From Heterodontus francisci (taxonomy: Eukaryota): a DNA stretch of 64,000 bases. A model generated the notes under the pieces. It was not told the origin of the DNA. It ran no database searches and was given only the letters and a program-made list of their open reading frames with translations. How positions within the stretch are numbered: the stretch's first letter is position 1; each line of letters begins with the position of its first letter. The stretch lies in contig NC_090374.1 of NCBI RefSeq assembly GCF_036365525.1, positions 149,819,804 through 149,883,803 on the forward strand, written 5' to 3'. The position numbers and the translations under genes were made by a program. Positions 53,251 to 64,000 of the stretch are shown here, one piece after another.

Positions 53251-53697
53251 GTAAACTCACTTTTGTTTTTTTGCCTTTTTTAGAATTGGCATTTCTGAAA
53301 TGTATCACTTAATATTTAAAGCAAAGGTGATTGGATTCAGTCTTGTGCAGTTATAGTGTTACTTGTATCCTAACATGTACCCACTTCAGAAAAGAGATTT
53401 GACTTTATCCTTTGATGTATTATAGATTTTAGATGGAAAAGCATTGATTTAACTCCAGTATTTAATGTTTATATTAATGTCAAGTATATAAAGTGTTACA
53501 AAACAGATACGCATTTATTTTGAAATCTGGTTCAGTCTGCGGTTTCCCCTCTGAATAACATATACACTTGCCAAGTCTTGTGAAAGCAAAATCTAATTTG
53601 GACATGGATCACTGATCCTTCATTGTTGCTGGATCAAAATCCTGGAATTCCTACCTAACTGTATCGTGGGAGCACCTTCACTACACAGACTGCAGTG

Positions 53698-56337
53698 AAC
53701 ATAGAACATAGAACATAGAACATACAGCACAGAACAGGCCCTTCGGCCCACAATGTTGTGCCGATCCTTTGTCCTCTGTCAAGGACAATTTAATCTATAC
53801 CCCATCATTCTCCTTTATCCATATACCTATCCAAAAGCCTTTTGAAAGTCCCTAAAGTTTCTGACTCAACAACTTCCCCGGGCAAGGCATTCCATGCCTC
53901 GACCACTCTCTGGGTAAAGAACCTTCCCCTGACATCCCCCTTATATCTCCCACCCTTCACCTTAAATTTATGACCCCTTGTAACGCTTTGCTCCACCCGG
54001 GGAAAAAGTTTCTGACTGTCTACCCTATCTATTCCCCTGATCATCTTATAAACCTCTATCATGTCACCCCTCATCCTTCTCCTTTCTAATGAGAAGAGGC
54101 CTAGAATGTTCAGCCTTTCCTCGTAAGACTTATTCTCCATTCCAGGCAACATCCTGGTAAATCTCCTCTGCACCCTCTCCAAGGCTTCCACATCCTTCCT
54201 AAAATGAGGCGACCAGAACTGCACACAGTACTCCAAATGAGGCCTTACCAAGGTCCTGTACAGCTGCATCATCACCTCACGGCTCTTAAATTCAATCCCT
54301 CTGCTAATGAACGCTAACACCCCATATGCCTTCTTCACAGCCCTATCCACTTGAGTTGCAACTTTCAATGATCTATGCACATAGACCCCAAGGTCTCTCT
54401 GCTCCTCCACATGCCCAAGAACCCTACCGTTAACCCAGTATTTTGCATTCATGTTTGTCCTTCCAAAATGGACGACCTCACACTTTTCAGGGTTAAACTC
54501 CATCTGCCACTTTTCAGCCCAGCACTGCAACCTATCCAAGTCCCTTTGCAGACGACAATAGCCCTCCTCGGTATCCACAACTCCACCAACCTTTGTATCA
54601 TCTGCAAATTTACTGACCCACCCTTCGACTTCCTCATCCAAGTCGTTAATAAAAATCACAAACAGGAGAGGACCCAGAACTGATCCCTGCGGCACGCCAC
54701 TGGTAACTGGGCTCCAGGCTGAGTATTTACCATCTAAGACCACTCTCTGCCTTCTATCAGTTAGCCAATTCTTAATCCAACTGGCCACATTCCCCACTAT
54801 CCCATGCCTCCTGACTTTCTCCATAAGTCTACCATGGGGGACCTTATCAAATGCCTTACTAAAATCCATGTACACCACATCCACTGGTTTACCCTCATCC
54901 ACTTGCTTGGTCACCTGCTCAAAGAATTCAATCAGGCTTGTGAGGCAAGACCTACCCCTCACAAAACCGTGCTGACTGTCCCGAATCAAGCAGTGTCTTT
55001 CCAGATGCTCAGAAATCCTATCCCTCAGCACCTTTTCCATCAACTTGCCTACCACCGAAGTAAGACTAACTGGCCTGTAATTCCCAGGGTTGTTCCTATT
55101 CCCTTTCTTGAACAGGGGCACAACATTTGCCACCCTCCAATCACCTGGTACCACCCCCGTCAACAGAGAAGATGAAAAGATCATTGCCAGCGGCTCTGCA
55201 ATTTCATCCCTTGCTTCCCATAACATCCTTGGATATACCCCGTCAGGCCCGGGAGACTTGTCTATCTTCAAGTTATTCAAAAACCCCAACACATCTTCCC
55301 TCCTAACGAGCACTTCCTCGAGCTTACCAGTCTGTTTCACACCGTCCTCTTCAGTAATACACCCCTTCTCATTCGTAAATACCGAAGAGAAGTACTCATT
55401 CAAAACCTCACTTATCTCTTCCGGCTCAACACACAGTCTCCCGCTATTGTCCTTGACCGGACCTATGGTCCCCCTAGTCATCCTCATATTTCTGACATAC
55501 GCGTAAAAGGCCTTGGGGTTTTCTTTTATCCTACCCGCCAAGCATTTTTCATGCCCTCTCTTAGCTCTCCTAATCCCTTTCTTCAGATCCTTCCTGGCCA
55601 TCTTGTATCCCTCCAGAGCTATGCCTGTGCCCTTTTTCCTCAACTTTATATACGCATCCTTCTTCTTCCTAACAAGACTCTCAACCTCTCTTGTCAACCA
55701 CGGTTCCCTCACATGACCATCCCTTCCCTGTCTGACAGGGACATGCTTATCAATGGCCCCTACTATCTGCTCCTTGAAAAAGTTCCACATTTCGACCGTG
55801 CCCTTCCCTGCCAGCATATGCTCCCAACTTATGCTCCTCAGTTCCTGCCTGACAGCATCATATCTACCCTTCCCCCAATTGTAAACCTTGCCCTGTTGCA
55901 CATACCTATCCCTCTCCATTACCACAGTGAATGCTACAGAATTGTGATCACTATCTCCAAAGTGCTCGCCCACCAACAGCTCTATCACTTGCCCTGGTTC
56001 ATTACCTAGTACCAAATCCAATATTGCCTCCCCTCTGGTCGGGCAGTCTACATACTGAGTCAGAAAAGCTTCCTGGACATACTGCACAAACACTACCCCA
56101 TCCAAACTATTCGATCTAAAGAGTTGCCAATCAATATTTGGGAAGTTGAAATCCCCCATAATTACTACCCTGTGACTTCTGCTCCTTTCCAAAATCTGTT
56201 TCCCAATCTGCTCTTCCACCTCCCTGCTGCTATTGGGGGGCCTATAGAAAACTCCCATCAAGGTGACTGCTCCTTTCCTGTTCCTGACCTCAACCCACAG
56301 TGCCTCAGTCGGCAGATGCTCCTCGAAAATTCTTTCA
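53698..56337 (-). mobile_element. Young 5'-truncated CR1 LINE with an uninterrupted 818-aa ORF2 segment
   Basis: ORF 53805-56261 with GDFNFP, SDHN, KSPGPDG, QGSVLGP, KFADDTK; (GAACATA)n tail; TSD GCAGTG at 53692-53697 and 56338-56343; splits an older LINE 3' end. Confidence 0.96.
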
Positions 56338-58397
56338 GCAGTGGTTTAAGAAAGTCCACTATCGCCTTCTCAGGGTAACTGGGGATGGGCAATAAAATCC
56401 AGCATTGCCAGCAACACCCACATCCCAAGAATGAATATAAAATATACAATACATAGACCTGCCATCATTCCTGTTTCTCCAAATTGATTCAGTTGAAGTA
56501 GGCTTGTAATATCTCCTCTTGGATTACAAAGCAAGGTTGGAGTATATATTCAGTTATTAGACCAACCTGTGTTCACTAGTGTATCCCTGTTATAAGAGGC
56601 TGTTTGAGCTTCTAGTCCAGAACAGAACAAGCAGCCACATACTTCCTCTAGAATCTCTCTCAGGTCAGTGCTTCTGAGGTATGTTTGAAGATGTGTCTCG
56701 TTTAGTCTCTCCCCTTTCTTTGGCCCTCCCCTTCTACTTGTTCTACATATATTTTTCACTCCCTTTTGGTTCCTCGCATTTCGTGTACCAGTCTCCTACA
56801 AGAAAGGGGTCTGGCTAAGGGGCAGCCAGATAATACAATTGCATTTGGAACTGCATAGTTCTTTGTGAGAATATTGCACCTTATAACCTCAGTGTCTAGG
56901 ATAGTGTGGCTAAAAAGGGCTTTTATTTCTTGTCCTGGAGCACTGAGGAATTCTGTGTGAACCCAATTAGGACCAATGACTTTAGCAAGGCCTTCGACCA
57001 AACCTGAAGTTGCCAAATTTATTTAATGGGACTCTGCTGCAGCAAGCAAAACAGAAAGACATTTTCAAAGAGGTACGGTAGTTGCCCCTTCATGCCTTAA
57101 GTCTGCCTAAGTACTCAGGAGTATTGATTTTATTTGTAGTTTCCTACAATTCTGCAATAATTATGTATGATACGTTAAAACATTCACTTTTGCATAAGAG
57201 GAAAATGGTGTGATATTGAAAATCCTCACAAATTGAATGGTGGCTTAATATCTGTGACTAAAATCAGGGCTTGACAGGAGAGATACATAGAAGTAACAAC
57301 ACAGTAACAGGCCATTCAGCCCAACCAATTTATGACAGTGTTCATTCTTCCCATGAACAAATCGTCTAACCATATGTACTCACTCATTTCCCAATGATTG
57401 TTGATTCGACAGCCTGCTTCATTTCAGGAGACATTGCTGTCAACCTAGCAAAAAACGGGAAAACAAACAGTTGAAGTAAAGAGTAAGAAGCAAACAGAGT
57501 TATATAAAGATCGTTTGCCGCTTCCTGCCTCTGCAAACCCATCTTCTTCCTCCATGTCACAGAAAGACAGAATATCTAATTCCACAGGTGTCCTCTTCAA
57601 CTCAATAGAGCTGTTCTGGTGGACATTGAGCAGTGAGCAAGGCCCTGGTGTGAAGTCCAACCCAAGCTGCCTCATTTACCACCTGAAAATGGCTTACCAC
57701 CCCGCTTATGTTGGAGCTCTGGCTGCTGCCGTACTCAAAGGGACCTTCCACTAGGCAGTCAAAGCCCCGCCTGTTGAGGGAAGTAGGCCCTTTTAATTAG
57801 TAAATTGAGGTCCAAAGATGTACATGGGATCCTAGCTGCCATTTGATAGACAGCTGGGTGGTGCATGCAGAGTGAAGGCTCCACCCAGTTTTACCTGGTG
57901 GTACCACAGAAGAAGCCCCAAGAAGGTAATTTTAAAGTATTTTTGTGGAATCAGGAGGAGCAAGGTCTGCACAAAAGTAACGTGGGCCACTGCTGATGTG
58001 GTTCCACCTTAGATGGCATCCTTCACCCGCCCTGCCATACCTACCATCCTGTTGGCTGGTTCGGTCTCCATCCAGCCTGATATTATGCCATCTCAGAGCC
58101 CGTGAGCTGCAGCATAGTGCCCACTTGGTGCACACAGCTCACTAGATAATAAAGCTCAGCACCTCAAAATGGTCCAGACCTCCTGTCAGCAATATCGAGT
58201 GGCTGACAGTTAAAATCTAACTTTAAATCTACTTTAGTTGCCAGAATGGTAATCCTGCACTAATGGATAGTCCTCTGGCTGGGAGGTCTCAAGGTCTAAT
58301 ATGAACCTACTTATTGGAAACACTGATGCACTGAGCTGTATAGAAACACTGTTGGGTGGAAATTTGCCCTTGCTGTGCCCATTATGCCTAAATCAGA

Positions 58398-59130
58398 AAT
58401 TAAAACAAAAAGTGCTGGAAAATACTCAGCTGTTCTGGCAGCATCTGTGGAGAGAGAAGCAAAGTTAACTTTTCAGGTCAGTGACCTTTCATCAGAACTG
58501 GCAAAGATTAGAAATGTAATAGGTTTTAAGCAAATAAAGTAGGGTGGGGCAAAAGAGAACAAAAGAGAAGGTGTTGATCGGACATAGGGTCAAAGATGGG
58601 GCAAAGGCAAAGACTGTGTTAAAACTAAAAATAAAAAAGGGGGAGGGGACAGTCATGCTCTGAAACAAGTTTTTAGTTTTACTTTTTATTTCATTTTATT
58701 TTAGTTTGTTTCAATCAATCAAATTTTTTTACCATGTGCCTACCCATTTTTTTTTTCATGTTTGTGCTTTTGGCTAGGGCTTTCATTTCTCTGTCATTTA
58801 ACACCCCCTCTGCACTAACGCTTTGTCTTTCTCCACACCATTAATACACTCTTTGTCTTTGCCTTTGCCCCATGACCATCTTGTCAGTTATTTTCTGTGA
58901 CCCTATGTTCGATCAATACCTCTTTTGTTCTCTTTTGCCCCACCCCCACTTTATTTGCTTAAAACCTATTACATTTCTAACCTTTGCCAGTTCTGATGAA
59001 AGGTCATTGACCTGAAATGTTAACTTTGCTTCTTTCTCCACAGATGGTGCTAGACCTGCTGAGTATTTTCCAGCACTTTTTGTTTTCATTTCAGATTTCC
59101 AGCATCTGCAATATTTTGCTTTTATTATAT
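58398..59130. mobile_element. Penelope-like fold-back element with ~190-bp inverted arms
   Basis: 58402-58592 is the reverse complement of ~58898-59087; perfect 13-bp TSD TGCCTAAATCAGA at 58385-58397 and 59131-59143; family assignment from recall. Confidence 0.75.
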
Positions 59131-59605
59131 TGCCTAAATCAGACTCTGCTAAATTAGATGTCGCAAAGCAAAGCAGGAGTTGGGGCTATTCCACCTGGAT
59201 TGAAAAGAACTCTCTGTGGAGCCAGCAGGGGTACTCCCCTATAACTAACCTAGGTCTGATGATTGGGCCCCCTGTTACTGTTCCATCCTATACTGGGAAT
59301 TACCTTGGAGCCACTGCCAATGAGGCAAGTGCCTGATATTCAGCAGTGCTTCTAAATAATGTAAATGAGGACCAAGGCTCAATCTCAGGCTTGCCTCGGG
59401 TTTACCTATTGAGGTGTGCACTGCCTGTGATCAAAAATGGGTCAGAACTAGTTTCTAGGGCTGTGTATTTTTATAGCTCAGCAGGTTTGTATGTTAGAAT
59501 GGTTCTTTAATCTTTGTTTCAAAATGTTTGATTTGAAAAATGGGTTCAAGTTGACTTTGGTCCAGGCTGTGATGTTCCTGTAACCTGAAACCTTTCTATT
59601 TCCAG

Positions 59606-59694
59606 TGGTGGCTGGGGCACGTGGAAACCCATGTGGCTTTGTGGCTATGGACTGTCTGACAGCACCGTGGGGATCGTGGGACTGGGAAGAATAG
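59606..59694 (+). CDS. GRHPR: GRHPR coding exon 5 (89 nt), includes the NAD(P) Rossmann GxGxxG motif
   Basis: TTTCCAG acceptor, GTGAGT donor; [29 protein letters not shown] vs human [29 protein letters not shown]. Confidence 0.95.
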
Positions 59695-59823
59695 GTGAGT
59701 CATTCGTCACAAGATAATTATGGACAAGAAAGACTATTCTGCTCATCTTAATCCATCCTCACAGAAAGGGAAAGAAAATCCGAGGAAGAATCACCTTGAG
59801 CTTCTTTCAAGCTTCCATTGGTT

Positions 59824-60056
59824 GGGCACAGGGCAGCATTGCTGAGGGGATGGGCACAGGGCAGCATTGCTGGGGGGATGGGCACAGGGCAGCATTGCTG
59901 GGAGGATGGGCACAGGGCAGCATTGCTGGGAGGATGGGCACAGGGCAGTGTTGCTGGGAGGATGGGCACAGGGCAGCATTGCTGGGGGGATGGGCACAGG
60001 GCAGCATTGCTGGGGGGATGGGCACAGGGCAGCATTGCTGGGAGGATGGGCACAGG
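59824..60056 (+). repeat. 28-bp G-rich minisatellite, about 8.3 copies
   Basis: Unit GGGCACAGGGCAGCATTGCTGGG(A/G)GGAT, head to tail. Confidence 0.95.
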
Positions 60057-61062
60057 TCTCCTTCCCATTCTCTGGGCATGGAATGGTGGATGACACAGAG
60101 AGAAAAGAGCAAGTCTCAAGCTAAAAACAAAATATTTAATCAGGAAGGAATAACGAATTCCAACTGGAAATTCAGTTGGGAGGTGGGGGAAAATCTTTGT
60201 TTATAAAGTACATGCGTTTTTACCTCCCTGTACACAAGCTCATTGAAAGGTTCCATTTAAAAAATATAAACATCCGGGAAGGTGCCTTACTGCTGTTGAT
60301 GTCACTTAAGAACCAAGGTTTCAAGTGCAATGTGCAGGCTGCACTCCTCTCAAGTTCCAGTCCCATCTATCTACACTTCACTGAGATACCTCCAGATTCA
60401 GATGAATGTGGTAGCAAAGTTGATTGTCAGATCTGCGTGTAGTCTTGGTTTGTATCGCATTCACTGATACTTTCAAGGAGCTCTGCGGAACTGTGCTGAG
60501 ACTGAACTCTGCTGTATTTTGTGCCAATATAATACTGACAGATTTTCAGATTTGGATGCTTTTACTGCTTGATTTTAATGGTGGAGGGGGACACTAAATT
60601 GGGCTGTATAGCACCTTCTTTTTGGGCATTCCCGGGACATTGAACACCCATGACGTCTAAAATGTCCACGCATTCTGACAGGAAGTACGCAGGACGTCAT
60701 CTTGGCAAGGTGGTTTGCACTTGCAGATCAGGCAGATTAAAATGTCGGTCAGTCTGCAGTGCTATTTTGATGCCATTGCTGCCATTTTTGACGTTTGCAC
60801 GCTCCAACAACATTCTAACTTAACCTCCCACATCTGACCATGACATTAAATGGCATGAAAGAACCTCACACCCCAACCCACTGCCCAACAGTGCTACTTA
60901 GTCACAGGTTAGCTGTTGGATTATTTCTTCTGGCTTCAGATGCAATTTTACACACTTTTGGAGCTTTCCTATACTTGGCTAAAGTTTGATTAGTGCACAG
61001 GGAGTGGTCTGGCTGGTGCTGACGTACTTTTCTGTTCATTTAAAAGCTAATGCTTTAAAAAG

Positions 61063-62030
61063 TTGCTTCCAGTCATGAGTGGCCGGGTAGGGCTTCCTCT
61101 GGAAATTGAGCATGACTGGGAGAATGAAGAGAGTCCATGCAGAGCAGGACAAGCTGCTAGAAGAGGGAGGAGGAGGAGGGAGCGAAGGGCTCTCAGTGGG
61201 AAGCCATGTCTGCTGAGGATCTTGGGGGAGCAATTCTCTTACCTCAACTTCAGCGAGGACCCTTGTATCAGATGTCTTTACTTCGCTAAAGACGTCCTGA
61301 CTGAAATCTCCCAACTGCTGCAATCACTACTGCCACCTCAAAGCAGGGCAAGGATAGCATTGCCTGTGGCTGTGAAGCAGACAGTGGCTCTTAACCTTTA
61401 CTCGTCTGGTTCTTTTCAGGCGGCTGTTACTGGAGATATAAGGAATGTCTCACAGTTGGCAGTACATTGCTGCATAAAGGAGGTCACTGACGCTCTGTAT
61501 ACTCAGAGACAGCTTCATCTCATTTCCTCTTGCCGGAGACAAGCAGGAAGAGCATCTACAAGGGTTTGCACAGATTATAGGCTTCCCAGGGTGCAGGATG
61601 CAGTTGGCTGCACGCACATTGTCTTGCATGTGCATCATGTGAACTTGGCCATTTTCATGAACCAAAAGGAATTCCACACCCTCAGAGTGCATCTGGTGTG
61701 TGTCCACAGACTGCATCATGCCTGTTAACCTGGCGATTTCTTCATTCTGTGGCAGTCCTCTGTGCTGCCTGAATTTGACCCACCAGGGCAAGTCAAAGGC
61801 CAGCTGCTGGCAACAAGGGTTATCCACTCATGACATGGTTCATGACTTCAGTTCAGAATCCATGCACACATACACAGGAGGCCTACAAGGAGAGCCATGC
61901 TGCCACAACGAACATTATAGAGCACACTAGCCACATTTCGATTGCCTGGACCAGTCTGGAACACCCCTGTAGTACTCAGCTGAGCGGCTATTGAGATTTT
62001 CTGGTTGTATGTTGCACAACCTCGCCATTA
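61063..62030 (+). pseudogene. PIF/Harbinger transposase remnant (element about 60590-62110)
   Basis: FSYLNFSEDPCIRCLYF, LPVAVKQTVALNLYSSGSFQ, PRVQDAVGCTHI (GAIDCTH-like), FMNQKEFHTLRVHLVC, and later CMLHNLAI. Confidence 0.8.
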
Positions 62031-62129
62031 TGGGAGAAGAGGGAGAACAGCCCTTACTACCACCCATCAGGCGAGAAGCTGAGGAGCAGGCACACACGGA
62101 AGAGGAAGTTTGATAAAGTGCTATATAAT

Positions 62130-63250
62130 AGGCTTTCCAGTAAATTTGAAGCCCATGAATAAAAGGGACAGTGGCAGCATGAATACAATGTTGGCTGAGT
62201 GACAGGAAACAGAGAGTGAATGTTTTTTTTCAGACTGGACTATACAGTGGGGTTTCCCAAGGGTCTGTACAAGGACCACTGCTTTGCTTGATCTATATTT
62301 ATGACTAGACTGGGGGTATGGGCACAATTTCAAAATTTGCAGATGACAAAAAACTTCAAATTCTTGTGAACTGTGAGGAGGATAGTGATAGACTTCAAGA
62401 GAACACAGGCTGGTGGATTGAGCAGGTGAAACTTACTGCAGAGAAGTGTGAAGTAATACATTTTGGTCAGAAGAATGAGGAGAGGCAATATAAAATAAAG
62501 GGTACAATTCTAAAGGGGGTGCAGGAACAGAGGGACTGGGGGTATAAGTGCACAACTCATTAAAGGCAGCAGGGCAGGTTGAGAAAGTGGTTAAAAAGGC
62601 AGACAGGATCTTTAGCTTTATAAATAGAGGCATCGAATACAAAAGCAAGGAAGTTATGATGAACCTTCATAAAATACTGGTTCGGCCTTAACTGGAGTAT
62701 CCTGTCCAATTCTGGTCACCACACTTTAGGAAGGATGTGAAGACATTAGAGAGAGTGCAGAAAAGATTGACGGGAATGGTTCCAGGGATGAGGGACTTCA
62801 GTTGTGTGGATAGATTGGAGAAGCTAGGGTTGTTCTCCTTAGAGAAGAGAAGGTTGAGAGGAGATTTGATAGAGGTGCTCAAAATCATAAGGGGTCTGGA
62901 TAGAGAGAATCTGTTCCCATTAGCAGAAAGGCCAAGAACCAGAGGACACCAATTTAAGGTCATTGGTAAAAGAACCAAAGGTGACATGAGGAAAACATTT
63001 TTTTTATGCAGTGAGTGGTTAGGACCTGGAATGCACTGCCTGAGAGTGTGGTGGATGCAGAGTCAATCGTGGCTTTCAAAAGGGAATTGGATAAGCACCT
63101 GAAGAGAAAAAAAATTCAGGACGACAGGGAAAAGGCAGGGGAGTGGGACTAGCTAAATTGCTTCTGGTGAGAGCCAGCACAGAGTCAATGGACTGAATGG
63201 CGTCCTTCCATGCTGTAACCATTCTGTGCTGTAACTGTTCTATGATTCTA
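62130..63250 (+). mobile_element. Decayed CR1 LINE 3' half
   Basis: ISKFADDKKL, EKCEVIHFG, LERVQKR, RRLRGDLIEV; TTCTATGATTCTAT tail. Confidence 0.85.
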
Positions 63251-63308
63251 TATAACGTAGACAGCCCTTTCTGCTGAGGCTCTACATGAGCTTTTTAGAT
63301 TTTTTCTT

Positions 63309-63672
63309 AAAAAAAAAGATTAGATTACAGATACAGCACTGAAACAGGCCCTTCGGCCCACCGAGTCTGTGCCGAACATCAACCACCCATTTTTACTAAT
63401 ACTACACTAATCCCATATTGCTACCAAACATCCCCACCTGTCCCTATATTTTCCTACCACCTACCTACCTACACTAGTGACAATTTATAATGGCCAATTT
63501 ACCTATCAACCTGCAAGTCTTTTGGCTTGTGGGAGGAAACCGGAGCACCCGGAGAAAACCCACACAGACACAGGGAGAACTTGCAAACTCCACACAGGCA
63601 GTACCTGGAATCGAACCCGGGTGCCTGTAGCTGTGAGGCTGCGGTGCTAACCACTGCGCCACTGTGCCGCCC
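63309..63672 (-). mobile_element. Full-length HE1/V-SINE-like SINE
   Basis: Minus strand begins GGGCGGCACAGTGGCGCAGTGG; B box GGTTCGATTCC. Confidence 0.88.
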
Positions 63673-63764
63673 TCATAATGAATGATACCAGTAAACTCAA
63701 CCACACCTCCCCATTAACCAACAGTCCCACAGCCCTTACCTTTCCTCTATCACTGACCATTACA

Positions 63765-64000
63765 AACAAGAACAAGAACAAAGAACAATAAGGCACAGGA
63801 ACAGGCCATTCGGCCCTCCAAGCCTGCGCCGATCTTGATGCCTGCCTAAACTAAAACCTTCTGCACTTCCAGGGTCCGTATCCCTCTATTCCCATCCTAT
63901 TCATGTATTTGTCAAGATGCCTCTTAAACGTCTCTATGGTACCTGCTTCCACCACCTCCGGCAACAAGTTCCAGGCACTCACCACCCTCTGTGTAAAGAA
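63765..64000 (-). mobile_element. 3' end of a young CR1 (same subfamily as 27622-30410), runs off the window
   Basis: (GAACAAA)n tail and near identity to 27622-27856. Confidence 0.9.

Noticed and set aside
54375-56119. Several + strand ORFs of 60-150 aa
   Set aside because: Antisense shadows of the CR1 ORF2
59824-60056. 28-bp repeat as a CRISPR array, or Cys/Pro-rich ORFs (CCPVPIPPAMLPCAHP) as a keratin-associated-like gene
   Set aside because: No spacers, no cas genes and a eukaryotic intron; the ORFs are translation artefacts of a tandem repeat that is open in several frames

Overview
Eukaryotic, repeat-dense vertebrate DNA. The repeat set (abundant CR1 LINEs, HE1/V-SINE-like and DeuSINE-like SINEs, Penelope-like fold-backs) points to a cartilaginous fish (shark); this is an inference. 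The only host gene I can support is a GRHPR-family gene (glyoxylate/hydroxypyruvate reductase) on the + strand. Its coding exons 1-5 lie at 23609-23694, 46049-46179, 50422-50494, 53134-53250 and 59606-59694, and the remaining exons are beyond the window. Almost everything else is nested transposon debris: CR1, L2 and RTE LINEs, Harbinger and hAT DNA elements, Ty3/Gypsy elements and solo LTRs. The standout is a structurally complete LTR retrotransposon at 7642-10710 (two LTRs, 5-bp TSD, tRNA-Leu PBS, PPT, gag, protease). Its RT/RNaseH/integrase region is replaced by a captured Myc-family segment (Myc box IV, NLS-like motif, bHLH-leucine zipper) that starts in frame with the protease. This resembles a fossil, retrotransposon version of oncogene transduction as in gag-myc retroviruses. 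The copy here is decayed. Repeat boundaries without a stated TSD are approximate.
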